Positions 9,036 through 18,269 of a stretch of 55,261 bases of DNA are shown here, piece after piece (positions within the stretch are counted from its first letter, which is position 1; the number at the start of each line of letters is the position of its first letter). This DNA comes from an uncultured Verrucomicrobiota bacterium (GTDB taxonomy: Bacteria > Verrucomicrobiota > Kiritimatiellia > CAIKKV01 > CAITUY01). Position numbers and translations under genes: made by a program. A model generated the notes under the pieces. The model had not been told where the DNA came from. It saw only the letters and a program-made list of their open reading frames with translations, and did no database searches. The DNA is taken from the NCBI GenBank assembly GCA_964404035.1, contig CAYOIT010000005.1, positions 1 through 55,261 on the forward strand, given 5' to 3'.

Positions 9036-9095
9036 CACATTTGACTTTGGCATGAGTTGCCTTTTTTCCGTTCTTTTGAGGGAAGGAGCGCCCCG

Positions 9096-9758
9096 ATGAA
9101 TCCTATCTGCTGTTGGAAGACGATGGCGATTACTGCCCTTGTTCTGGCGGTTTCCAGCGTTCAGGAGGCGAAGGCCCAGGCCCGGGTCCGCATGGATAGC
9201 CGGACGGGCGCGGGCTATGTGGCGCCTGCCGCCGGAGCCGTGGGCGGGGCGGCTATCCGCCTTCGCGAACTTACCGGTATCGGTCCCCGCAGTCTCGTCC
9301 GTACGCCCATCTACAGTGCTTCGATCTCCGGGGGACGCGCCGCGGCCCGTGAATGGGGTGAGTTGACGGTTCAGTTTGACTCGGATCCCGAGTGGATTGA
9401 TGAGCTTTCCTTCCAGTATTTTGCCCTTCTATACAGCCGCGTTAACAAGGAATACACGTTGCTCAAAGGCGCGGTCACCTACGTGGACGTCGCCCGCGGA
9501 CGCGGCCACCTGAGTTCGGCCTACATCCGGCCCAATACCCTGTTGCGCTACGGGGACGTGGTCGCCGTGGCTGTTGAAGTGTTGCTCAAGGGGGAGACCG
9601 TGACCACCGTCAGTGAGGGCAAGATGGCCGATAAGCAGCCGTTGCCTGTGGAATGGTGGAAGAATGCCAAGCTGGCCCCCAAAGACGGGTACATTCTAAA
9701 CCGAACGCAGACTCCGTTTGCGTTTATCAACGTCGACGACTACGAAGCCATCAAGTAG
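9096..9758 (+). CDS. Secreted protein, Amuc_1102-like pilus-cluster protein
   Basis: Signal peptide (..VQEAKA/Q), SD upstream, and first position in a five-gene cluster matching the Amuc_1102-1098 order. The family call is mainly positional. Confidence 0.65.
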   Translation: MNPICCWKTMAITALVLAVSSVQEAKAQARVRMDSRTGAGYVAPAAGAVGGAAIRLRELTGIGPRSLVRTPIYSASISGGRAAAREWGELTVQFDSDPEWIDELSFQYFALLYSRVNKEYTLLKGAVTYVDVARGRGHLSSAYIRPNTLLRYGDVVAVAVEVLLKGETVTTVSEGKMADKQPLPVEWWKNAKLAPKDGYILNRTQTPFAFINVDDYEAIK

Positions 9759-9766
9759 ACACGCCT

Positions 9767-11452
9767 ATGTTTGGATCGGACCGTGTTCTATCTCTCGATA
9801 TAGGGGCCAGCAAGCTGGTGCTTGCTGAGTTCAAGGTTATCAAGCCGCAAGGTCTTGAGCTGTCGAACTATATTATCACCCCCTTGGGGATAGATATCGA
9901 CAACACCCCTGATCCCTCGGCCTACATTGTGGCCGGTATTCGTGATGCCTTGCGGGAGAGCGGGATCCGGCCTGGGCCGGTGGCGCTCTCGATTTCCGGC
10001 CAGATGGTTTTCCCTCGGTATGTCAAGCTGCCTCCGGTGACCACCGACAAGATCGCCCAGATTGTGCGCTATGAGGCCCAGCAGAATGTTCCTTTCCCCA
10101 TCGATGAGGTCGTCTGGGACTACCAGCTGGTCGGACAGGAAATGGGCGAACTGAGCGTCCTGCTGGTGGCGGTTAAGGGCGATCTGGTCAAGAATCTGAC
10201 CGATTGCGTGGAGACCGCGGGCCTGGATCCCGTACTGGTGGACGTCTCGCCTCTGGCGCTCTACAACACGGTCCGTTACAACTACGCTGAGTTAACCGGT
10301 TGTACGATGATCCTGGATATGGGTGCCCGCTCGACCAATGTCGTGTTTGTTGAGGGGAACCGCATTTTCAGCCGTAGCATTCCCGTGGCGGGTGTGGCGG
10401 TGACCAAGGACGTGATGAAGGAATTCGAGCTTTCCTACGAGGAAGCCGAACAACTCAAAGTGGCGCACGCTTTTGTGGGCTTTGGCGGCGCCTACGAGGG
10501 GCACGAGGTAGGGGTGGCTGACCGCACCTCCAAGATCGTGCGGAACGTGATGACCCGCCTGCATGCCGAAATCGTCCGCACGATCAATTTCTACCGCAGC
10601 CAGCAGGGCGGGAGCCAGCCGTCGATGGTCCTGTTGTCGGGAGGTTGTTCCGTCATCCCTCACGTCAACACGTTCCTCAAGGAAAAGCTGAAGATGGAAG
10701 TGGACTACCTCAACCCCTTCCGCAATGTGGCCGTCAGCTCGAGCATTCCCGCCGACAAAATTGGGGAAAATGTGAATCTGCTGGGCGAAGTTGTGGGGCT
10801 GGGCTTGCGGCGCTCCCTGTCCTGTCCGGTCGAGATCAATCTGTTGCCTCCCGTTCTGGTGGCCCGGCGCGTCTTCCGGCGGCGGCTGCCGTTCCTGGGC
10901 TTGACGGCGATCGGATTGATCCTGACCATGCTTGTTTTCTGGATGTTCCTGCACCGGATGCGCTCGATGGCTGAGGAACGGCTGAGCATGGTTCAGTCTC
11001 GCGTTCAGGCGTTGGAGACACCCAACACCGCCCTGAGCGGGTTGGCGTCCGAGAAGGAAGTGGTCTACGGCAAGGTGAACGGGCTGACGGCGCTGATCGG
11101 GCAGCGAACCCGCTGGCTTACCATGATCAATGATCTTCACGCCCACCTGATCGAAGGGATGTGGTTGACCTCCGTCCGTCCGGTCACCGAAGAGGGAAAA
11201 CCCGGAACGAGGCTGGTCATCGAGGGGATGGGCTTTGGTGACAAGGTGAGCCATCAAGCCGTCACTGATTTTGCGATGTCGCTCAAGGGAACGGGGTTCT
11301 TCACGGATGACGTGCAGATCAAGAAGATCAAGCCGGTCTCGGGCACCGATTATGTGAACGAGTTCACGATTAACGTCATGTTGAGGGACAAGCTTGCGGC
11401 ACCGCTGGCCAAACCTGCCACGGCGGCGCCGAATAAACCAGCTGAAGAGTGA
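9767..11452 (+). CDS. pilM: Type IV pilus assembly protein PilM fused to a PilN-like domain (Amuc_1101-like)
   Basis: Actin-like motifs LSLDIGAS, ILDMGARST, LSGG, then PilN hallmark INLLP + TM helix + periplasmic domain in one frame. Confidence 0.88.
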   Translation: MFGSDRVLSLDIGASKLVLAEFKVIKPQGLELSNYIITPLGIDIDNTPDPSAYIVAGIRDALRESGIRPGPVALSISGQMVFPRYVKLPPVTTDKIAQIVRYEAQQNVPFPIDEVVWDYQLVGQEMGELSVLLVAVKGDLVKNLTDCVETAGLDPVLVDVSPLALYNTVRYNYAELTGCTMILDMGARSTNVVFVEGNRIFSRSIPVAGVAVTKDVMKEFELSYEEAEQLKVAHAFVGFGGAYEGHEVGVADRTSKIVRNVMTRLHAEIVRTINFYRSQQGGSQPSMVLLSGGCSVIPHVNTFLKEKLKMEVDYLNPFRNVAVSSSIPADKIGENVNLLGEVVGLGLRRSLSCPVEINLLPPVLVARRVFRRRLPFLGLTAIGLILTMLVFWMFLHRMRSMAEERLSMVQSRVQALETPNTALSGLASEKEVVYGKVNGLTALIGQRTRWLTMINDLHAHLIEGMWLTSVRPVTEEGKPGTRLVIEGMGFGDKVSHQAVTDFAMSLKGTGFFTDDVQIKKIKPVSGTDYVNEFTINVMLRDKLAAPLAKPATAAPNKPAEE

Positions 11453-11471
11453 TCGTTAGCGAAAAAGGCCT

Positions 11472-12488
11472 ATGCAGTCACGCCGTAATATACTGATCGT
11501 TGCCCTGTTCGTCATCATCGGGCTGATGTTCATCGCCGCGGGGGCGTTGGTGTACCGCGGTTTTGTTGATTTCTACCGGGTGGAATCAGAGGAGCAGGCC
11601 AAGCAAGCCGAGCTGGAGCGGCTCTATGAGCGGAACCCTTTCCCCTCCGAGGCGAACCTCAGTGTGGAGCGGAAGAACCTGGATACCCTGGCTGAGGAAC
11701 TGGCGAACTTGTTGACGGTGATGGGACAGGGGCAGATCGAGTCGGTCAACCAGAGTCCGCCCAAGTTCATGGCGCAGTTCTGGGATGCGCGCCGGGAATT
11801 GAAGGCCAAGGCCAAGGACATGGGCGTGACGTTTGCAGGAGGTGACGATTTCGACTTCGGGTTTGGGAGGCATCTGGCGGGCAACCTGCCGGCGCCCCAG
11901 GATGTACCGCGGTTGACCCAGCAATTGAAGATCACCCAGGCCCTGTGTGAAGTGTTGTATGGTGCCCGGATTTCAGAATTGCGGGGAATCGGCCGTGAGG
12001 AGTTTGAGGTCGAGGCTGTCAGCGGCGCCGGGGCCAAGCCCGTGGCAACCGGCAGCCGTGGACGCGCTGTCGCCGCCGCGGTCTCGCTGAACACCGTCTC
12101 CGCCACGGCCGGCCTCATTCCGGATGGCAAGCTGTATGGAAACTGGCATTTTGTGCTGGTCTTCACGGCCAAGGAGTCCGCCTTGATCGGGGTCCTGAAC
12201 GGGCTCGCCCGCAGTCCCGTCTTTTCGGTTGTGACACGCCTCGATATCGATAGTAACGACACCTTGTTCGATCGCTCAGGCGAAGGGAGCCGGGCGGCGC
12301 GGCGGGCCGGTGCGGAGACGGCCGCGGCGAAGCCCGTCGAAGTGGTCAAAGAGGTCTCGGTCCCTCGCGACCAGCGGGTGGTCTGCGGTCGCGAATCGCC
12401 CCTGACGGTCAGGCTCGAACTCGATGTTTTCCAATTCGTCAAGATGCAGGCCGCGGAAGCGGCTGAGAAGACGAAGGGGGCGAAATGA
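11472..12488 (+). CDS. PilO-like / Amuc_1100-like pilus protein
   Basis: N-terminal TM, coiled coil, PFPS..N and FDFGF motifs, C-terminal PilO-like segment (VLNGLARSPVFSVV). Follows pilM/N. Confidence 0.7.
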   Translation: MQSRRNILIVALFVIIGLMFIAAGALVYRGFVDFYRVESEEQAKQAELERLYERNPFPSEANLSVERKNLDTLAEELANLLTVMGQGQIESVNQSPPKFMAQFWDARRELKAKAKDMGVTFAGGDDFDFGFGRHLAGNLPAPQDVPRLTQQLKITQALCEVLYGARISELRGIGREEFEVEAVSGAGAKPVATGSRGRAVAAAVSLNTVSATAGLIPDGKLYGNWHFVLVFTAKESALIGVLNGLARSPVFSVVTRLDIDSNDTLFDRSGEGSRAARRAGAETAAAKPVEVVKEVSVPRDQRVVCGRESPLTVRLELDVFQFVKMQAAEAAEKTKGAK

Positions 12489-13483
12489 CGACCGCAGGAA
12501 TCGGCGCATGGTTCAAGAAGGTTTACGACAAGTTGGCCGCCGCGGTGGTGCTGCTCGTCCTCGTGGTCTCCCTGTTCATGCTGGCCATGCATGCGCAGTT
12601 ACTTAAGCAGCGACAGGCCGAGTTTGACGGTGCGTTGCGCCGGTTGACGCCCCGCCATGCCGCGGCGCAGCCTGCCGATCGCACCATTTTTGAAATGTCA
12701 CGGCTGGCTTTGACCGATCCCTTCCAGGTCGGCGAATGGCCTCTCAGGCTCCTGGTTCCGGAGCAGCGGGTGCGTTGCGTCAACTGCGAGCGCCCGATTC
12801 CCTTCGCCGCCACCAACTGCGTTTTCTGCAAGACCGAGCAACCGGAAGATCAAACCAAGGACCTGTTCAAGGAATGGCTGGAAAAGAACAACCTGAATCC
12901 ACTCGAAGCGGATATCAGCAGCCTCGACGCTGACAGCGATGGTTTCTCCAATAAGGAAGAATACGAGTTCAAGACCAATCCCAATGATCCGAACAGCCAT
13001 CCCCCTGCCTTGGCGAAGGTGGTGGTTGAACGCATCCAGCCGATCTCCTTCCGGCTGGTGTTCATGAGCGTCAGCAAAATGTCTGCCGATAAGAACCTCT
13101 TCCAGATCAACCTGCGCTCAGGGGATCGGACCTGGTGGAAATCCCTGGGCGAAGAGATTGAGGGATTCAAGTTGCTCGAGTACAACGAGAAGACCCCGGA
13201 AGGACCTGAACTGACCCTGCAGCGCGGTGACAAGAAGATCCCTCTGATCAAGGGGCGGGCGGTGCCGCGTGACGAGTATGCCGTGACGATGCATTCCAAG
13301 CTCGACGGGGTTACGCTTCCCGCCGTCAGGGTGGATGAGGAGTTTGCGGTGAAGGGCATCAAGTACAGGGTCAAAAAAGTTGACATGGACGGGATGCGTG
13401 TACTAATACACGACCCTTCACGCGATATGGATGTTTGGATTGTTGGCCCGTTGCCGGAACCTCGACAGGCGCCTCAACCCTGA
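12485..13483 (+). CDS. Amuc_1099-like pilus-system membrane protein
   Basis: N-terminal YDK + TM, CxxC-x10-CxxC, DADSDGFSNKEE Ca-binding-like motif. Lies between the PilO-like gene and the secretin. Confidence 0.65.
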   Translation: MTTAGIGAWFKKVYDKLAAAVVLLVLVVSLFMLAMHAQLLKQRQAEFDGALRRLTPRHAAAQPADRTIFEMSRLALTDPFQVGEWPLRLLVPEQRVRCVNCERPIPFAATNCVFCKTEQPEDQTKDLFKEWLEKNNLNPLEADISSLDADSDGFSNKEEYEFKTNPNDPNSHPPALAKVVVERIQPISFRLVFMSVSKMSADKNLFQINLRSGDRTWWKSLGEEIEGFKLLEYNEKTPEGPELTLQRGDKKIPLIKGRAVPRDEYAVTMHSKLDGVTLPAVRVDEEFAVKGIKYRVKKVDMDGMRVLIHDPSRDMDVWIVGPLPEPRQAPQP

Positions 13484-13537
13484 CAGCGGCGTGGAAGTAT
13501 CCGTCGCAAGGCGAGATTTTTTAAGGAGATAGTCCCT

Positions 13538-16537
13538 ATGAGACTGCAATGCATGGCGTCCCTCATGATGGCGTTTCTGTGTTTCAACGGCGGAACGGCC
13601 GTCTTTGCCCAGGATGCGATGATTGAGGAACTTAAGCAGGAGATGAAGACTCCTGCCGGCACCAACCAGCCGGTGGTCAAAGAGCCGGCGGTTCAAGCGC
13701 TCGATGCCGAAGTCCCTGCAGTCAAGGTGGATGAGCAGAAGCCCGAAGCGGCACCGGCTGAGGCTCCGGCTCCGGCCGCCGCACCCAAGGCCGACGCCCT
13801 GATCGAAGAGCTGGCTCCTGCCAAGCCTGTGGTCGAGGTCGAGGCGGTCAAAGCTCCCGCGGCCCCCGCTGCCGAGCCGAAAGCCGATGTCCTGATTGAA
13901 GAATTGGCCCCGGCCCCCGTGGCCAAACCAGCCGAAGTTCCTGCCGTAAAGACCGTTGCCGAAAAACCGGCGGCCGACGAACTCAAACTTGAGGATGTCC
14001 TCGCTCCCGCAGCCCCTGCTGAGGTGAAGGCGGCAGAGGCCGCTCCCGTTCCGGCGGTGGATGCGGAAGCCGTTCTGGACCTTCCGAAGACCGTGACGGC
14101 GGAGACCGCTGTCAAGCAACTCGGGTCCGCTGAGCGCACGGAGATGGCGACCTTGATTGCCCAGCAGGAGGAAGTACGCCGTCAGGCTCGCGAACTCGAG
14201 GGGCGCAAGAGCGTCGACTCGGCCGAACGGGCTTGGAAGTCCGGCGACTATCTTCTGGCTCTCAATCACTATCGCAGCGTCGTGGAAAAGCTTCCCGCTG
14301 TCGGCCCCAACATGACCGCCCGCAAACGGGCCCTGGAGCGCATTCCTGAGTGCGAATATCAGGTCATCCTGTCATTGGTCAAGCAGGGCAAGAAGACCGA
14401 GGCGTTGACGAAGGGCAAAGACGCGCTCACCCGCAATCCCGATAATGCCCCGCTCTCCAAACTGGTCAGGAAACTTGAGTCCGATCCGCCCCCCCCGCCG
14501 CCCCCCCCGAAGGGGACAGACGAGGGCCCGACCACGGCGCAGAAGAAGAGCGAAGTCCAGGAGCAGATGCACACGGCCAAGCAACAGATGGCCGCCCGCG
14601 AATACGAGAAAGCCCGCGCCAGTTTCGAGTCCGTTCTGGCCATTGAGCCTGAAAACCGCGAGGCCATGAGCTACTTGAAGGAACTCGGCGATCGCAAGTA
14701 TGTGTCCAATACCGCCGAACGCAACGCCACGGCCGCCAAAATGACCGCACAGGTCAGAGATACCTGGAATCCCCAGTACAAGATGATCAAGGCCGTTGAA
14801 GAAAAAGTAGACAGGGTGAATCCCACTCCTCCCTCCAAGTCCATTCTGGACAAGATGGACAAGATCGTGATTCCCGAGATCGAGTTTCGCCAGGCCAACA
14901 TCCATGACGTGGTTGAATTCCTGAACCGTGCCAGTGTGGATGGGGATAAGACCACGGCGGATCCCACCCAGCGGGGCGTGAACATCATCTTGAACCTGAG
15001 CGCCGGTGGCGCTCAGGGTGCGGCAGCTGCGCCTGCGGCGAAGCCTTCCGCGGACGATGTCTTCGGAGCGGGGCAACCGGCCGGCGGTGCAGCCGGGGGC
15101 GGGCAGACCTACGAGATCACCTTTACCGCCCGTTACATCACCCTGCTGTCCGCGTTGAAGATCATTACTTCGGTGGCAGGGCTTAAGTGGCGCGTTGACG
15201 GCAACATCGTGATGATCGTACCCGCTGATTTTGATCCTTCCGAGATCGAGGTCCGCATGTACTCGGTGGAACCAACCTTTGTCGAACGCATTCGCGAGGC
15301 TGGTTCGGCCATGCCCGCACCCACCGAGCAACTCGGCGGGCGTGAGATGAATCGGATGCAGAACGAAGCCATCGGCCCCGGAGTCCCGGAGCTGAAGGAA
15401 TACTTTGAAAAGATGGGCGTCAAGTTCCCGAAGGGTTCCTCCATCACCTACAACTCGGCCATTGGCAAGGTCATTGTCGGCAACACGGCCGAAAACCTCG
15501 CGACGTTCGAGAAGATTCTTCCCGAGCTGAATGTCGTTCCGAAACAGGTCGAAATCGAAGCCCGTTTTGTCGAAGTCAATGAGACGGATCTGCAGGAGAT
15601 TGGCTTGGAGTGGCTGCTGAATGATGCCTGGGAGATTGCCAGCAAGGGCGGTGGCGCCTTCGCTCCCCTCGGATCCACTGAGCGCGTGCAGATGAATGCG
15701 AACAGCGGTGAAGGCGGCTTCACCAAGGGGCTGCGTTTCTGGGGAGACCCCGGTAGCGGATCGATCGACACGCTGGGCGCCGGCCAGGGGACCATGGGAC
15801 GGCTCATGTCCGTCTCCAGTGTGCTGACCAACCCGGAGTTGAGCATGGTGCTCCACCTGCTCCAGCAGAATGGCAATGCCGACCTGCTCTCCGCTCCGAA
15901 AGTGACGACCCGGTCCGGTGCCGAGGCCTCCATCCGTGTGGTCACCGAGTACATCTATCCGACGTCCTTCGATGTTCAGGGTGGAACGCTTCAGAGTTCG
16001 GCGACGGGGACCGGGGCCTCGACAGTGCAGGAGACGACGGTGGTGCCGCAGGATTTCGCCACTCGCGAAGTCGGCGTCATTCTGACGGTTCTGCCCGAGG
16101 TCAGCCCCGACGGCAACATGATCAATCTGACGATGACCCCGATGGTGGTGACCGAGCCGACCTGGTTCCAGTACGGGTCAACAGTGCGTCGGGCTGATGG
16201 TTCGGAGTCGGTTCTGAACATGCCGCAGCCGTTCTTCCACGTGCGCTCGCTGAGCACCCAGATCTCGATCTATGACGGGGCGACGGTAGTCATGGGCGGC
16301 TTGATCACCGAGGACCTGAGGAAGGTCAACGACAAGATCCCTGTGCTCGGAGACATTCCGCTGATTGGCGTTCTCTTCCGCAGCAAATCCGAGCGCAGCA
16401 TCAAGAAGAACCTGCTGATCTTTGTGACGGCCAAACTGGTTGATCCTGCCGGGCGCCTGATTCGGAACCCCGAGGCTGAAGTGACGGCCCCGTTGAAGGT
16501 TCCCCTGCCTGGCTCCGCAGCCGAACAACCGAAGTGA
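13538..16537 (+). CDS. Secretin (PilQ/GspD family, Amuc_1098-like) with low-complexity and TPR N-terminus
   Basis: Signal peptide, Ala/Pro/Glu-rich repeats, TPR helices, QVEIEARFVEV, LLSAPKVTT, KIPVLGDIPLIGVLFRS, LLIFVTAKLV. Confidence 0.92.
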   Translation: MRLQCMASLMMAFLCFNGGTAVFAQDAMIEELKQEMKTPAGTNQPVVKEPAVQALDAEVPAVKVDEQKPEAAPAEAPAPAAAPKADALIEELAPAKPVVEVEAVKAPAAPAAEPKADVLIEELAPAPVAKPAEVPAVKTVAEKPAADELKLEDVLAPAAPAEVKAAEAAPVPAVDAEAVLDLPKTVTAETAVKQLGSAERTEMATLIAQQEEVRRQARELEGRKSVDSAERAWKSGDYLLALNHYRSVVEKLPAVGPNMTARKRALERIPECEYQVILSLVKQGKKTEALTKGKDALTRNPDNAPLSKLVRKLESDPPPPPPPPKGTDEGPTTAQKKSEVQEQMHTAKQQMAAREYEKARASFESVLAIEPENREAMSYLKELGDRKYVSNTAERNATAAKMTAQVRDTWNPQYKMIKAVEEKVDRVNPTPPSKSILDKMDKIVIPEIEFRQANIHDVVEFLNRASVDGDKTTADPTQRGVNIILNLSAGGAQGAAAAPAAKPSADDVFGAGQPAGGAAGGGQTYEITFTARYITLLSALKIITSVAGLKWRVDGNIVMIVPADFDPSEIEVRMYSVEPTFVERIREAGSAMPAPTEQLGGREMNRMQNEAIGPGVPELKEYFEKMGVKFPKGSSITYNSAIGKVIVGNTAENLATFEKILPELNVVPKQVEIEARFVEVNETDLQEIGLEWLLNDAWEIASKGGGAFAPLGSTERVQMNANSGEGGFTKGLRFWGDPGSGSIDTLGAGQGTMGRLMSVSSVLTNPELSMVLHLLQQNGNADLLSAPKVTTRSGAEASIRVVTEYIYPTSFDVQGGTLQSSATGTGASTVQETTVVPQDFATREVGVILTVLPEVSPDGNMINLTMTPMVVTEPTWFQYGSTVRRADGSESVLNMPQPFFHVRSLSTQISIYDGATVVMGGLITEDLRKVNDKIPVLGDIPLIGVLFRSKSERSIKKNLLIFVTAKLVDPAGRLIRNPEAEVTAPLKVPLPGSAAEQPK

Positions 16538-16538
16538 T

Positions 16539-17408
16539 ATGGCCGCTCGCATGCTGCTTCTGGTAGACGGGACCGGGTTGTTCTATCGATCGTTCTTTGC
16601 GATCAAGGGACTCTCGGTTCACGGTGGCCAGCCGACCAATGCCGTTTTTGGTTTTGTTCGCGCCCTTCATCAAATGGCGGAGACCTGGAAGCCCACCCAT
16701 CTCGCGGTGGCATGGGATGGAGGGTCCCCGGCCGACCGATTGGCCCTTCTTCCCGACTACAAGGCGCAACGCCCTCCCATGCCTGACGCGCTCAGGGTTC
16801 AATACGAACCCATCAAGGAGTTTCTCGGATGCGCGGGCATTCCCCTGATACGATTGGACCAGCAGGAGGCCGACGACGTGCTTGCCACTTTGGCCCACTG
16901 GGCCGAGCGGGACGGATCGGACGTGCTCGTTGCCAGTTCGGACAAAGACCTTTACCAGTTGGTGACGGATCGGGTAGGGATCATCACCACAGGAAAGGAC
17001 GATCCCCGGATTGATGCGGCAGGCGTGCTTCATAAGACAGGCGTCCAACCCAGTCAGATTGTGGAATGGCTGGCTCTGACCGGCGACCAAGTTGACAATA
17101 TTCCCGGTGTGGGCGGGCTTGGCCCGAAAACGGCCGCCAGACTGCTGGCTCAGTTCGGCTCTCTCGAGGCGATGTGGGCGCGGCTGGGGGAGGTCGAGTC
17201 CCTGCCCCTGCGTGAAAAACTGATGGCCGCCCGGAGCCTGGTTGAAAAAAACCTGAAACTGGTGAGCCTGCGGGATGATCTGGACTGTGTTCCCGGCTGG
17301 CCCGGCTTGGAGTTCAGGACTGAGACTCCGGAACGGATGCGGCCTTTCTACGAGAGGATGGAGTTCCACTCGCTGGTCAGGACGCTCGATCAACCCGAGT
17401 TGTTCTGA
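16539..17408 (+). CDS. Stand-alone 5'-3' exonuclease/flap endonuclease (PolA N-terminal domain homologue)
   Basis: LLVDG, PTNAVFGF, YKAQR, EADDVLATL, SSDKDLYQL, ALTGDQVDNIPGV.GLGPKTA (H3TH). No polymerase domain. Confidence 0.92.
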   Translation: MAARMLLLVDGTGLFYRSFFAIKGLSVHGGQPTNAVFGFVRALHQMAETWKPTHLAVAWDGGSPADRLALLPDYKAQRPPMPDALRVQYEPIKEFLGCAGIPLIRLDQQEADDVLATLAHWAERDGSDVLVASSDKDLYQLVTDRVGIITTGKDDPRIDAAGVLHKTGVQPSQIVEWLALTGDQVDNIPGVGGLGPKTAARLLAQFGSLEAMWARLGEVESLPLREKLMAARSLVEKNLKLVSLRDDLDCVPGWPGLEFRTETPERMRPFYERMEFHSLVRTLDQPELF

Positions 17409-17435
17409 TGCCGGCACCCGCTCAGGGGCGGCCTA

Positions 17436-17474
17436 CAACGCCCGAGTGACCGGTGACACGGTTACGGGCGGTTG
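17436..17474. terminator. Long GC-rich hairpin after the pilus-exonuclease operon
   Basis: CAACGCCC..GTGACCG-loop-CGGTTAC-GGGCG-GTTG imperfect stem. No U-tract on the + strand. Confidence 0.35.
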
Positions 17475-17672
17475 AAAATACCCGTTGACGCCGATCACCC
17501 TATGTAGTAAAAAGATACTGTTTTCCTTGCCAAGGCTTTCCCTGATTTTACTTGTTCTGCTGGCTTCCATTTTTAATCACGTTCAGATCATTCAAGAACA
17601 GCGCGGCCCCAAACGTGTGTCGCGCCATCCCTTGCCGGACTTCCGGTTCATTCACAGTTCCTCACTGACATC

Positions 17673-18269
17673 ATGGTAACCATTGCCATAACAGGCGGCA
17701 TCGCCTGCGGGAAGAGCCTTGTCGGGCGTTACGTGGAGGAACTGGGTATTCCGGTTTGCGAAGCGGATGCGGTCGGTCACCGTGCCCTAAGCCTGGGCGG
17801 GGAAGCGCGGGCGGCTGTAGTGAGGGAGTTTGGGGCGGAAGTGGTTGGGGCGGATGGGGAAATAGACCGGGCGGTATTGGGCGCAAAGGTGTTCGCCGAT
17901 CCCGGGAAACTCGAACGTCTCAATGCGCTGACGCATCCCGTGATTCTTCGGCAACTTCGCGAGTGGGTCCTGGTGCAGCCCGCCGGGACAGGCTATGCGG
18001 CGGCGATCATTCCGTTGTTGCACGAAGTTCAGGACGACGCGCACTGGGACGTGGTGGTGTGCGTGACATCGCCGCAGGCGGATCAGTTGAGGCGACTGGC
18101 GGAACGTGGATTGACGGAAGCGGAGGCCCTGGCCAGGATTCGGGCGCAGTGGGACCAGGTCCGAAAAGGGGAGTCTTCCGACTACGTCATCCATAACTGT
18201 GGCAGTCAGGAATTGCTTAGGGAACAAACAGAGAGAGTAGTGCGGTCAATCCGCGGAGAATCATCATGA
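17673..18269 (+). CDS. coaE: Dephospho-CoA kinase
   Basis: [33 protein letters not shown]. Confidence 0.95.
   Translation: MVTIAITGGIACGKSLVGRYVEELGIPVCEADAVGHRALSLGGEARAAVVREFGAEVVGADGEIDRAVLGAKVFADPGKLERLNALTHPVILRQLREWVLVQPAGTGYAAAIIPLLHEVQDDAHWDVVVCVTSPQADQLRRLAERGLTEAEALARIRAQWDQVRKGESSDYVIHNCGSQELLREQTERVVRSIRGESS

Noticed and set aside
9048-9060. TGGCATGAGTTGC as a sigma54 promoter for the pilus operon
   Set aside because: GG-to-GC spacing is 8 nt rather than the required 10, and a good sigma70 promoter lies just upstream.
8773-9099. 108-aa + strand ORF after res
   Set aside because: Runs through the predicted terminator and promoter, with an implausible Phe-rich composition.
17485-17679. 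64-aa ORF in the coaE leader
   Set aside because: Its TTG start is the -35-like hexamer, there is no SD, and the hydrophobicity simply reflects the T-rich leader.
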